64,000 nt of DNA from positions 1-64,000 of IMG/VR virus record IMGVR_UViG_3300030012_002336; one strand, 5' to 3'. Within the stretch, counting starts at the first letter, position 1; every line of letters begins with the position of its first letter. Positions 19,085 through 28,135 of this stretch are shown piece after piece. Origin of the DNA: a virus. Taxonomy: Duplodnaviria; Caudoviricetes. The translations under genes were made by a program, and so were the position numbers. Below the pieces are notes generated by a model. That model was not told the origin of the DNA and searched no databases. It saw nothing but the letters and a program-made list of their open reading frames with translations.

Positions 19085-19516
19085 ATGGCTAATAAAGTAG
19101 AAAAATCAATGATGCTCGTTAAGAGTTCTTTTGGTCCAATGAAAAGCTTCAAGCTTATGCCCATCTCTAATGATTGTCCTTTTGTAGAATGTTTATTTTC
19201 ACCATCTGAAAAAATTATGGTAATTATAACTAAAGTAAAGAAACAATCTTATCATATGGTTGCAAAATTAGATGATAATGGAGATGAAGTACCTGTTAAA
19301 GGTAAACCAAGAGCAAATGGAAAGAAAGTCAAAGAAGAAAGAAGAATGGTTGATACCTTCTCTGAGCACTATATAGTGACAGAAGAAGAGATTAGAGAGA
19401 TAATCAATATGTTTGCAATCAATCCAAAGGCTTTTGATCTTGATGAATTTTTCAGTTTAGAAACTGGATCTAATCTTATTACTCCAAAAATGGAGCCTAT
19501 AACTACAAAAGCGTGA
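19085..19516 (+). CDS. hypothetical protein
   Basis: 143-aa ORF with its own promoter motif. Confidence 0.75.
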   Translation: MANKVEKSMMLVKSSFGPMKSFKLMPISNDCPFVECLFSPSEKIMVIITKVKKQSYHMVAKLDDNGDEVPVKGKPRANGKKVKEERRMVDTFSEHYIVTEEEIREIINMFAINPKAFDLDEFFSLETGSNLITPKMEPITTKA

Positions 19517-19674
19517 TCAAGTTTATAAAAACATTAGCTGGTATGCTACTATTAAGTTTACTAGTTATAGTATTTATAATACTTGTTATATTTAAAGTTA
19601 TAGTTATTACTGTAACTTATATAGAAAACTCTTTGTGTGAAATGATAAAAAAATGTTTGGGCACTGATCTTTAG
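19513..19674 (+). CDS. 53-aa membrane protein (not in ORF track)
   Basis: GTGA overlap, long hydrophobic segment. Confidence 0.5.
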   Translation: MIKFIKTLAGMLLLSLLVIVFIILVIFKVIVITVTYIENSLCEMIKKCLGTDL

Positions 19675-19699
19675 TGCTTGGTTGTTTGTTTTCATTTTT

Positions 19700-19734
19700 A
19701 GGGAGGTTGTGTCATGGCAACCTCCTTTTTTTTT
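19700..19734 (+). terminator. intrinsic terminator
   Basis: GGAGGTTG...CAACCTCC followed by T9. Confidence 0.88.
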
Positions 19735-19745
19735 AAATTAAAATT

Positions 19746-20456
19746 ATGAACGTAAAAGAAATACAAGAAAAATTTATGAATAAGCTCTCAGATGCTGCTG
19801 AGAGTCCATATGAAAGCTGGGTAGATGCACTTTGGAATACAGTAAATTCTAAAGCATTCTCTGATCCACTATTAGCGTTAGCTAAGGAAGTTGATAATGG
19901 TAAGAAGTTTACACCAAAATTTCCTGATTTACTTAAGGCATATGAGATGTGTCCATATAGAGATCTTAAAGTTGTTATTGTTGGACAAGATCCATACCCC
20001 CAAGAAGGAGTTGCTGACGGAATAGCATTTAGTTGTTCAAAGACTAACAAGGAACAGCCATCATTAAGATACATCTTTGATGAATTACAAAGACAGTATC
20101 CAGATGCAACCAGAGACTGTGATCTAAGTAGATGGTCTAAGCAAGGCGTGCTTATGTTAAACACAGCACTTACATGTGAAGTAGATAACATTGGCGCTCA
20201 TGTTAATATATGGAAGCATTGGAGTCAATGTATATTTGGACATATTTTAACTGATCATCCAAAGATACTTGAGTTTGTATTTATGGGTGCTAAAGCAAAA
20301 CCTTTTGCAAAATATATTCCTAATGATCACAATAAACATTTTGTTGCACATCCTGCAGCTGCTGCATACCGTGGTGGTAAATGGGATTCAGACAATCTAT
20401 TTAAAAAGATAAATGAAAACTTAATTAATAATGGTGAAGAACCAATAAATTGGTAA
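19746..20456 (+). CDS. ung: uracil-DNA glycosylase, family 1
   Basis: VVIVGQDPYP, ADGIAFS, QGVLMLNTALT, HP motif. Confidence 0.93.
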   Translation: MNVKEIQEKFMNKLSDAAESPYESWVDALWNTVNSKAFSDPLLALAKEVDNGKKFTPKFPDLLKAYEMCPYRDLKVVIVGQDPYPQEGVADGIAFSCSKTNKEQPSLRYIFDELQRQYPDATRDCDLSRWSKQGVLMLNTALTCEVDNIGAHVNIWKHWSQCIFGHILTDHPKILEFVFMGAKAKPFAKYIPNDHNKHFVAHPAAAAYRGGKWDSDNLFKKINENLINNGEEPINW

Positions 20457-20683
20457 CTATGAGTTCAAGAAGTAAATGGAAATTATATTATTTTGCATTA
20501 TTTTTATGGTATTTATTTTTAGCCTCTCTTGTTGGTTGCGAAAAGCAACTTGAAGAACAGATATGTTGTGATTGGGATGCTACAAATTTTGATCCTGAAT
20601 ATAATGGTCACAATGTAAATCAACTATACTTTACAAACAGTTCATTATGTAATGATGATGTTTGTATCTATGAAAACTATTAA
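20450..20683 (+). CDS. putative Cys-rich lipoprotein
   Basis: Hydrophobic leader with lipobox LVG-C; CCDWDATNFDP. Confidence 0.6.
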   Translation: MVTMSSRSKWKLYYFALFLWYLFLASLVGCEKQLEEQICCDWDATNFDPEYNGHNVNQLYFTNSSLCNDDVCIYENY

Positions 20684-20685
20684 AT

Positions 20686-22590
20686 ATGAATCACTGGGTA
20701 ATGGATTATGAAACCCTAGTGGACTGTTTTGTTGGTGTATTTAAACACTACAAGACTGAAGAAACTAAAGTCTTTGCTATATGTAAACAGCGTAATGACT
20801 TTAGTAAGTTCCTAGAGTTTCTTAAAGAAAATACGGAAAATAAAGAGTGGCATATATCCTACAATGGATTAGCATTTGATGCACAGATCACTCATTATAT
20901 TATAAAACATTACAAAGATTGGAAATCAATGAATGGAAAAGACATTGCTCGTGAGATATATTCTTATGCACAGAGTTGTATAGATAAAGCTCATAGTGGT
21001 GAGTTTCAAGAGTATCCTGAATGGCATATGTGTATTAAACAAATAGATGTATTTAAATTAAATCATTGGGATAACATGGCCAAGAGATCTAGTCTTAAAT
21101 GGATAGAGTATACTATGGACTGGGATAACATCTTAGATATGCCTATACATCATGATACAGAGATAAATACACAGGATCAGTTAGATCTAGTTATTGAATA
21201 CTGTATTAATGATGTAGAAGCAACTAAGGAGATCTTTAATAGATGTAAACCTTTGATTGCATTAAGAAAGAACTTAACTGAAAAGTATAATATTAATTTG
21301 TTTAGTGCATCTGAACCAAGAATAAGTAAAGAAATCTTTGCTTACTATCTTAGTAAAGAACTAGATATGCCACGGTATGAAGTTAAGAAGTTAAGAACAT
21401 TTAGAAATGTAATTAAAGTTAAAGATCTTATACTAGAATATATTAAGTTTGATACAGTAGAGTTTAAATCTTTACTAGAAAGGTTTAGAACAGTTGAAGT
21501 TAATCCTAATTATACTAAAGGTGGATTTAGATCTTCCGTTGTATATAAAGGTGTAAAGACTGACTTTGGATTAGGTGGTGCTCATGGTGCTACTGCACCT
21601 GGAGTATATGAGTCTGATACTAAGAGAGTTATAATGTCTTCTGATGTTACTAGCTTCTATCCTAACTTAGCTATTGTTAATAAGTATGCACCGGCTCATA
21701 TACCTAAAGAAAAGTTTTGTGAATTATATCAATGGTTCTTTGATGAAAGAAAGAAGATACCAAAAAGTGATCCAATGAACTATGTATATAAAATTATCTT
21801 AAACTCAACTTACGGGTTAAGTAATGATAAGAACTCTTTTCTATATGATCCTCAGTTTACTATGTTTATTACTGTTAATGGTCAACTTACACTAATGATG
21901 TTGTATGAAATGATTATGACTAGGATACCAGATGCTGTAGCACTTATGCAAAATACTGATGGTGTAGAAACTATTATACCACGTGAGCACATAGATGCTT
22001 ATATGGAAGTTTGCAAAGAGTGGGAACAGATAACCGGTCTTAATCTTGAACATGATCAGTATAGTAAACTAGTATTAGCTGATGTAAATAACTATATAGC
22101 TGTTGATACTAATGGTAAGTCTAAATGTAAAGGTAGATTTGAATATGAAGGTTTAGCTCTTCATAAGAACAAGTCTAAACTAATCATTCCAAAAGCATTA
22201 TATGCTTACTTTGTTGATGGAACTTTACCAGAACATACAATAAAACATAATAGAAATATTTTAGATTATTGTATTGGAGCTAAATCTAAGGGTGCATGGA
22301 GACAGCACTCTGTATATGTTAAGGATGGTGTTGCACATAAAGATGTGCTACAAAAAATTAACAGATACTACATCTCTAACAAAGGTTGTAAGATAGTTAA
22401 AATAAATAAAAGTGATAATAGAGAAATTCAATTAGAGTCTGGACAATGGGTCCAAACTGTAATGAATAAGATAGAAAATAAAAAATGGTCAGACTATGAC
22501 ATTAATGAGAAATATTATCTAAATGCAATTGAGAAAGAGATTAATAATATAATTGGTGTGAAAAATAATCAATTATTATTGTTTGAATAA
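20686..22590 (+). CDS. DNA polymerase family B with 3'-5' exonuclease
   Basis: DYET, YNGLAFD, YCIND, SDVTSFYPN, KIILNSTYG, NTDG. Confidence 0.93.
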   Translation: MNHWVMDYETLVDCFVGVFKHYKTEETKVFAICKQRNDFSKFLEFLKENTENKEWHISYNGLAFDAQITHYIIKHYKDWKSMNGKDIAREIYSYAQSCIDKAHSGEFQEYPEWHMCIKQIDVFKLNHWDNMAKRSSLKWIEYTMDWDNILDMPIHHDTEINTQDQLDLVIEYCINDVEATKEIFNRCKPLIALRKNLTEKYNINLFSASEPRISKEIFAYYLSKELDMPRYEVKKLRTFRNVIKVKDLILEYIKFDTVEFKSLLERFRTVEVNPNYTKGGFRSSVVYKGVKTDFGLGGAHGATAPGVYESDTKRVIMSSDVTSFYPNLAIVNKYAPAHIPKEKFCELYQWFFDERKKIPKSDPMNYVYKIILNSTYGLSNDKNSFLYDPQFTMFITVNGQLTLMMLYEMIMTRIPDAVALMQNTDGVETIIPREHIDAYMEVCKEWEQITGLNLEHDQYSKLVLADVNNYIAVDTNGKSKCKGRFEYEGLALHKNKSKLIIPKALYAYFVDGTLPEHTIKHNRNILDYCIGAKSKGAWRQHSVYVKDGVAHKDVLQKINRYYISNKGCKIVKINKSDNREIQLESGQWVQTVMNKIENKKWSDYDINEKYYLNAIEKEINNIIGVKNNQLLLFE

Positions 22591-22600
22591 GTTTTATTAT

Positions 22601-22634
22601 TATATTTGCAATGGGTACGGCTTCCGTGCCCATT
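22601..22634 (+). promoter_or_regulatory. -7 element followed by 11-bp hairpin
   Basis: TATATTTG 22601-22608; AATGGGTACGG-CTT-CCGTGCCCATT 22610-22634. Confidence 0.6.
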
Positions 22635-22649
22635 TAAAACCAATAAATT

Positions 22650-23465
22650 ATGGGATATACAAGACCAAGAAAAACTACTAAAGATTATTTGGTAGCAGCA
22701 CCGCTACCTAATCATGGAAAAACTTATACAGTTATTCCTCATAAAGATGTTATAGAGACAACTAAAACTCTATTAGACAACAGTGGATTTCAAATCACTA
22801 AAGAACTTTACAGAGCAAACATGAATGCTAAAGTAGCACAAGGTGTTTATCACCTTGCTTCAAATCAAGATGAAGAAATGGGGATGATGTTTGCTTGGAC
22901 TAATTCTTATGATAAAAGTACACGTTTTCAGTGTGCTGTAGGAGCTTTCGTAAATGTATGTAGTAATGGTATGTTATGTGGAGACATGGCAAACTATGCT
23001 AGAAAACATACAGGTAAAGCAGATCATGATATTCATACTCAAATAAGTTCACAAATTAAGTCAGCTAATAAGTATTATACTAAGTTAATTGATGATAAGA
23101 ATCAAATGAGAAAAATATTCTTACCTAAAAAAGATCAAGCAGAATTAGTTGGAAGATTATTCTTAGATGAAGAGATTATTGATTCATCACAAGTTTCTTG
23201 TATAAAAGCAGAAATGAAAGAACCATCTTATGATTATAAAGCTGATCTTAATAATGCTTGGACATTCTACAATCATATAACACATGCACTTAAAAAGTCA
23301 CATCCACGTACATGGATGAGTGATCAAGTTAAGTTTCATGAGTTTATGACTGCAGAATTACTTAGTCAAGCAGCACTTAAGGAGCAGGATACTAGTTGGC
23401 CTGTAGATTTTATAGCAGATATGGAAGCTCAAGAGTATGATACATTTGAAGAGTTTAAGATATAA
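22650..23465 (+). CDS. DUF932-like protein
   Basis: TYTVIPH; NSYDKS...GAFVNVCSNGM; NAWTFYN. Confidence 0.75.
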   Translation: MGYTRPRKTTKDYLVAAPLPNHGKTYTVIPHKDVIETTKTLLDNSGFQITKELYRANMNAKVAQGVYHLASNQDEEMGMMFAWTNSYDKSTRFQCAVGAFVNVCSNGMLCGDMANYARKHTGKADHDIHTQISSQIKSANKYYTKLIDDKNQMRKIFLPKKDQAELVGRLFLDEEIIDSSQVSCIKAEMKEPSYDYKADLNNAWTFYNHITHALKKSHPRTWMSDQVKFHEFMTAELLSQAALKEQDTSWPVDFIADMEAQEYDTFEEFKI

Positions 23466-24301
23466 TGCCAATAAAATATCAAAAAACTAGAACATTAGTT
23501 ACTAAGACAAATAACAATAGTAGTGACTGCATAGCACCAAATATAATTTATGGGTGCTTTGGAGGCTGTGTAGACACCTATTGTTATATGTCTAGGTTTA
23601 ATGGTGATAGAGTATTTGTTAACAAAAATGTTAATGATATATTTAATTCCGTAGTAGAATGGGAAAAATCTTATAATAAAGTTCCTAATCAACAGGATCC
23701 TGTTTATACTATGGTGGACATTGCTTGTAATTCAGATTTAGTTTTGATGCAGAAGCATATGCCAGAACCACTTCATGATTATCTTAAAAGGTATGATGAT
23801 CATCAGCAGCTTAATAGTACTATGGCTACTAAGTATCCGAGTCTACTTAAGTTAGATGTAAATCATTTTAATAAAAGGCCACGTGTGCGTGTTAGTCTTA
23901 TGCCTCAAGAGTATTCTAATATTCTAGAACCTAAAATGCAGAAGATATCATCAAGAATAGATGATGTTAATAGATTAAAGGATCTAGGATGGGAAGTACA
24001 CTTAAACTATTCACCTCTTGTATTTTATCCAGGATGGAGTAAAGAGTATGAAAGTTTATTTAAAGAAGTAAAAGATAAAGCCGGTGAGAATAAATGTGAA
24101 GTTATTGCACTTACTAATCATGTTCATCAAATGAATAGAAGTAGTGAAGAAGCAAGAGAGTTAATGAAATATTCTGATGAGATCAAAAATGCTAACGGTA
24201 TAATGCGTTATCCAATACGCCAGAAAACAAGAGCTTTAGCTAATTTTAAAATGATCTACAGTAAATATTTTAATTTACAAACTATTAGATACATATTTTA
24301 A
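23465..24301 (+). CDS. spore photoproduct lyase-like radical SAM protein
   Basis: GCFGGCVDTYCY, IACNSD, ATKY, RVSL, LEP, SPLVFYPGW are collinear with SplB motifs. Confidence 0.8.
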   Translation: MPIKYQKTRTLVTKTNNNSSDCIAPNIIYGCFGGCVDTYCYMSRFNGDRVFVNKNVNDIFNSVVEWEKSYNKVPNQQDPVYTMVDIACNSDLVLMQKHMPEPLHDYLKRYDDHQQLNSTMATKYPSLLKLDVNHFNKRPRVRVSLMPQEYSNILEPKMQKISSRIDDVNRLKDLGWEVHLNYSPLVFYPGWSKEYESLFKEVKDKAGENKCEVIALTNHVHQMNRSSEEARELMKYSDEIKNANGIMRYPIRQKTRALANFKMIYSKYFNLQTIRYIF

Positions 24302-24302
24302 A

Positions 24303-24389
24303 ATGACTGATGATCAAAAAGAAGCTATTGTCAGATTAATATTAGTAATAATATTATTAATAGTATTTGTACTAGTTCAATTGAAATGA
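24303..24389 (+). CDS. 28-aa single-TM peptide (not in ORF track)
   Basis: MTDDQKEAIVRLILVIILLIVFVLVQLK. Confidence 0.5.
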   Translation: MTDDQKEAIVRLILVIILLIVFVLVQLK

Positions 24390-24390
24390 A

Positions 24391-24457
24391 AGGGGGTCTT
24401 GGTAGCGTTAACCCCCTCTCTGTTCTCTGTAAAATTCAACCTGCACGATTACAGAGA
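24391..24457. terminator. tandem hairpins where the two gene blocks converge
   Basis: AGGGGGT/ACCCCCT and TCTCTGTAA/TTACAGAGA inverted repeats. Confidence 0.55.
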
Positions 24458-24473
24458 TATATAAGAAGTGTTA

Positions 24474-24608
24474 TTATCTACCTTGACCTCTATACTTTTT
24501 AGTATAGTTGCTACCTCCCTTATTGAATGTAGTTCTACTCTTAGCATGTCTGCCATGAGACTTTCTACTATTAGGTGAAAATGTAAATGTATTTTTCCTT
24601 GCCGCCAT
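24474..24608 (-). CDS. 44-aa basic protein ending KKYRGQGR (not in ORF track)
   Basis: MAARKNTFTFSPNSRKSHGRHAKSRTTFNKGGSNYTKKYRGQGR; TAATG coupling; this ending recurs in phage small proteins. Confidence 0.8.
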   Translation of the reverse strand: MAARKNTFTFSPNSRKSHGRHAKSRTTFNKGGSNYTKKYRGQGR

Positions 24609-24988
24609 TATGCTCTTGTAAAGAATGCATATACTACATTTGTAACTGCAGTATCATACTTTAATTTTGCACCTGTTCCATCTTCAACTACAAAAAATGC
24701 AAAATCACCAACTCCTAATTTAGTTAAGTTAGTGCTTCCACCATTATCAGTAACAAGTATATTACCAGTTCCAGTACCGCCACCATTAGTTCCTGTATTA
24801 TGAACAAATAAATATGTATCACCTTGACTTGTAGGAATAATTGACTGATTTAAAGAAGCATATGTCGTTATACCAGCTGAAGTTACTGTGCTTTCTTGTA
24901 CAGTAATAACAGGATTTAAGGTTATAGACACAGGATCACTTTGACCAGTTATAGTACCTGTAAGATTAAATAAAGTTTGTAAATTCAT
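24608..24988 (-). CDS. small beta-rich putative virion protein (paralog A)
   Basis: TGQSD...YLFVHNTG...LGVGDFAF...VVYAFF. Confidence 0.75.
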   Translation of the reverse strand: MNLQTLFNLTGTITGQSDPVSITLNPVITVQESTVTSAGITTYASLNQSIIPTSQGDTYLFVHNTGTNGGGTGTGNILVTDNGGSTNLTKLGVGDFAFFVVEDGTGAKLKYDTAVTNVVYAFFTRA

Positions 24989-25011
24989 TTTATTATTATT
25001 TTATATTATTA

Positions 25012-25416
25012 TTAATGTCTTTTTAGATAAGCATAAACGTATGTAGTAACTGAGTTATCATATACAGCCTTTAAACCTGCTTGTGCTATCAAAGGTATAA
25101 ACATTGCATCACCAACATTTAAATGTGCTATATTTGTTCCAGCACCATTTGTAAGTATAACTTTACCCCCAGTACTAAGATCTCCATTTGCACCAACATT
25201 TCTAACATATACATACTGTGTAGAACCTCCAGCTGCTGGTGCAGCAGATGTTCCTAGTATTTCAAAAGGTGTACCATTTACGGTATTTCTTGATGCAGAT
25301 GTTAGAGAAGGATTTTCAACGTTTAATTCAAAGTCAGTAAAATTAATACCTACTGAATCACTTTGACCTGTTAAACTTCCGTTTAAACTTAAACTAAATT
25401 TTACTTTATCAGCCAT
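25012..25416 (-). CDS. small beta-rich putative virion protein (paralog B)
   Basis: TGQSD...YVYVRNVG...LNVGDAMF...YVYAYL. Confidence 0.75.
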   Translation of the reverse strand: MADKVKFSLSLNGSLTGQSDSVGINFTDFELNVENPSLTSASRNTVNGTPFEILGTSAAPAAGGSTQYVYVRNVGANGDLSTGGKVILTNGAGTNIAHLNVGDAMFIPLIAQAGLKAVYDNSVTTYVYAYLKRH

Positions 25417-25434
25417 TTTTTTAAATTTTAAATA

Positions 25435-25836
25435 TTATTGTTTCTTCTTATTAAATTTTTCAACAGATCTACCACCAAAATAGGCACCAATCACTGTTAT
25501 TAATACTAACTGTAGAAGATCAGTCCACTTTTCTTCTACTGTAAATGTTAATGCACCAGCATCAATAAAGATCAATAACATAGTACATACTATCAAAAAT
25601 ATAAGAACCATAGGTCTTACATTTTTACTTAACCAACTATCAGAATTCATATCTGCCGTCCAACGGTCAGTTATATTTTTTTCCATTTGAGCTTCATGAT
25701 TCATGATTAGCTCTTTTAGTTTTCTTTTAGCGTCTAGTTTTTCTTCGTCTGTTGTTACTAAGTTATCTATTACACCACCAACTGATTCTATCAAGTTACT
25801 TCCGGCACTTGAAAAAATCTTTTTTAGTATACCCAT
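25435..25836 (-). CDS. putative holin (GTA 3TM holin-like)
   Basis: LVTTDEEK, SDSWLSKNVRP, TM segments, GAYFGGRS. Confidence 0.75.
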   Translation of the reverse strand: MGILKKIFSSAGSNLIESVGGVIDNLVTTDEEKLDAKRKLKELIMNHEAQMEKNITDRWTADMNSDSWLSKNVRPMVLIFLIVCTMLLIFIDAGALTFTVEEKWTDLLQLVLITVIGAYFGGRSVEKFNKKKQ

Positions 25837-25852
25837 ACTCTAAGTTTTAAAT

Positions 25853-25999
25853 TTATAATACACCGTTAGGGCCCACAGATTTTGATATAGGTGAGTGATA
25901 TTCACCACCACACATCATCATGTTAGATCCACCGCATTTATACATTTTCTTTTTTTTCTTGTCTTTCTTTTTTTTCTTTTTTTTATACATCATCATCAT
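25853..25999 (-). CDS. 48-aa poly-Lys/Met protein (not in ORF track)
   Basis: MMMMYKKKKKKKDKKKKKMYKCGGSNMMMCGGEYHSPISKSVGPNGVL; ATGA coupling. Confidence 0.75.
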   Translation of the reverse strand: MMMMYKKKKKKKDKKKKKMYKCGGSNMMMCGGEYHSPISKSVGPNGVL

Positions 26000-26229
26000 A
26001 ATAAACTATTTGGTCCCATTTGCATTCCATATGGACAACCACAACCTTGTACCTGTCCACCTTCAGCTTTTTTAAAGCTCTTTAATGTTTTAGCTAAGTT
26101 ACATCTACGTTTTGCTTTTGTAGATGGAGGACTCTTACAATATTCTGAGATACTTTTTCCTTCAGCTTTAGCAGCTGCAGTCAAAGCACCTGGCTTCTTT
26201 ATTGCTTTTTTTATCCAATTCTTAGCCAT
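25996..26229 (-). CDS. small basic protein (KNWI..AIKKPGAL type)
   Basis: Lys/Ala-rich, ends GPNSLL. Confidence 0.8.
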   Translation of the reverse strand: MAKNWIKKAIKKPGALTAAAKAEGKSISEYCKSPPSTKAKRRCNLAKTLKSFKKAEGGQVQGCGCPYGMQMGPNSLL

Positions 26230-26456
26230 TACTTCTTTTCAAAGAATCTATCATAGGCACCTTCCTTAACTGTTTTTACAAAAAGTTCAAATTGATCTTT
26301 TGTGAATTCAGTGTAACCTTCATCTTCTCCTCCAACAATTACCTTATCAGATTCAGTTGAGATGTCAATTGCTGGACAACTCTTACAGCTAGCACAAAAA
26401 GTCATTTGTGATCTGTTTGCACTAATTTTTACATTTTTTAATCCTTCTAATTCCAT
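26229..26456 (-). CDS. small protein with DUF397-like C-terminus
   Basis: CASCKSC; FTKDQFELFVKTVKEGAYD. Confidence 0.65.
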   Translation of the reverse strand: MELEGLKNVKISANRSQMTFCASCKSCPAIDISTESDKVIVGGEDEGYTEFTKDQFELFVKTVKEGAYDRFFEKK

Positions 26457-26460
26457 TGGT

Positions 26461-26829
26461 TTATACTTTTTTAAATTTAGCGTAATTAACTACACATGCA
26501 GCAGTATCAGAAATTAATTCTAATCCTTCTCCACCATCACAACATAAAAACATGAAGCTACCTGGAAAGAGTTTAGCATATGTATTGTTTGCCACATCTT
26601 GAACAGTTACAAAATTGGCAAGATCTGTATTTTGAATGAATATATAAGTATCAGCAGCAGTATTTGGAATAATCTCTGTAGCAGATGTTGGTATTGACAT
26701 AGATTTTGATTCTACATCAGTATTATCAAAATTTACAGTGTCTAAAACTGTGCTATTTAAACTAAATATACCACTAACTGTGTCAGCAGTATTAAGGTTT
26801 AATGAGAGATTAAGTGCTTGTGTTGCCAT
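26461..26829 (-). CDS. small beta-rich putative virion protein (paralog C)
   Basis: TYIFIQNTD...KLFPGSFMF...VNYAKF. Confidence 0.75.
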   Translation of the reverse strand: MATQALNLSLNLNTADTVSGIFSLNSTVLDTVNFDNTDVESKSMSIPTSATEIIPNTAADTYIFIQNTDLANFVTVQDVANNTYAKLFPGSFMFLCCDGGEGLELISDTAACVVNYAKFKKV

Positions 26830-27011
26830 TATATTTCAAATCCAAAGTTAAAAATCATAAATCTAAACTTTTTACAACTGCTGCCTGTGTTTTTACATTT
26901 CCAGCAAGGACAGTACATTAATTCAAATATTGTCCATGTACCTAGTCTAAAATTTATCTCATACTTTTCTTTCTTATTTCCTGATCTCCAGGAATTAATC
27001 CAATTTATCAT
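26829..27011 (-). CDS. small protein with CxxC motifs
   Basis: WINSW...RLG...CPCWKC...FRFMIFNFGFEI; coupled to next gene. Confidence 0.7.
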   Translation of the reverse strand: MINWINSWRSGNKKEKYEINFRLGTWTIFELMYCPCWKCKNTGSSCKKFRFMIFNFGFEI

Positions 27012-27036
27012 AATAAAATAATTTATGTTATATTAT

Positions 27037-27051
27037 TAATATACAAAAAAA
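27037..27051 (-). promoter_or_regulatory. putative late promoter (T-run)GTATATTA
   Basis: Same motif at 33560 and 35887; variant at 61038. Confidence 0.6.
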
Positions 27052-27061
27052 TAAGTGAAAA

Positions 27062-28135
27062 TTAAAGTATGATATAGTTTATTCCAAACTTGAAATCATG
27101 CCAGTCACGGTTCCAATATTTATTATATTTTCCCTCAATAAAAATACCTAAGTTCTTATTGATCTTATAACCAAATATTAAACCACCAGAATAATCTATC
27201 CAATTGCCACCATTAAAATTATGATAAGAGTATTCACCCCCTGTATCCAAATGCACGGGTAGTAGGTTCGCCCAAGAATGAAACCATATTGTTTTAGTGT
27301 AGTGATAGTAGTCTAAACCAACTACTAGAGAATGACACCACTGAACAGGTAATGCATCCTTTTTTGATTTCACATAATCATTAAGAACTTGGGGGACCAC
27401 TACCTCTTCCCATACTTCACTACTTGTAGCCACGACCGCTCCACTAGGGTCTAAGTAGCTTATTCCTGTTGGGTCAAACCCAATTGTGTAGCCTTCTTCT
27501 AAAGCAAGGTTTGTGTAGTGTATGTTTCCGTTAGATAGCACCCACTCAGACAAAGGGTCATAACCGTAAGGTTCTGATATTCTTTGTACAGCTCCTGCAG
27601 TAACTGATAGTTTTCTACCTATCTTTTGTCTATATCGTTGTGACGCTTCCATGTATTCTACATCAGCAAAGCCGTCTTGTAAGTACTCTATCTTAACCAC
27701 CCATCTATCTGCCAAGTATCGTAAAAAGTGATGTTGGTCTACATAAGAGTCACCCTGTTGTCTTTTGTAATCTGCCTCAAACAAAAACTCAAATCCTCTA
27801 GTTCGTCCAATAGTAGCGGCATCAGAGTATGATGTTTCTGTACCATCTTTGAATGTGTTAGCTTTATTCTCGTATCCAAATCTTTGTATTTTTCTTACAC
27901 CTACAGTAAAAGCATAGTCAAATGGAGTTTTTATTACATCGGTTTGAAGTCCATCTAATATAGAATATGTATTCTGATCTGAAATAGAAGTACCACCATT
28001 TACTGCAGCATAGAATGTAGAGAACTTAAAAGTTTTCTTAAGTCCTGTTTTAAACTTGCTATCCTGAGCACAACACTTTTTAGGTGCTATACAAGACAAT
28101 AATAGTAATAATATGGTCAGTAGTATTTTTTTCAT
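27062..28135 (-). CDS. putative outer-membrane beta-barrel protein
   Basis: N-terminal signal or lipoprotein leader, alternating aromatic beta-strands, C-terminal FKFGINYIIL strand. Confidence 0.7.
   Translation of the reverse strand: MKKILLTILLLLLSCIAPKKCCAQDSKFKTGLKKTFKFSTFYAAVNGGTSISDQNTYSILDGLQTDVIKTPFDYAFTVGVRKIQRFGYENKANTFKDGTETSYSDAATIGRTRGFEFLFEADYKRQQGDSYVDQHHFLRYLADRWVVKIEYLQDGFADVEYMEASQRYRQKIGRKLSVTAGAVQRISEPYGYDPLSEWVLSNGNIHYTNLALEEGYTIGFDPTGISYLDPSGAVVATSSEVWEEVVVPQVLNDYVKSKKDALPVQWCHSLVVGLDYYHYTKTIWFHSWANLLPVHLDTGGEYSYHNFNGGNWIDYSGGLIFGYKINKNLGIFIEGKYNKYWNRDWHDFKFGINYIIL

Noticed and set aside
936-23692. Short - strand ORFs in the early block (936, 1770, 8587, 9114, 11834, 12532, 14556, 15015, 16893, 19733, 23495)
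   Set aside because: Lie opposite well-supported genes with no independent evidence
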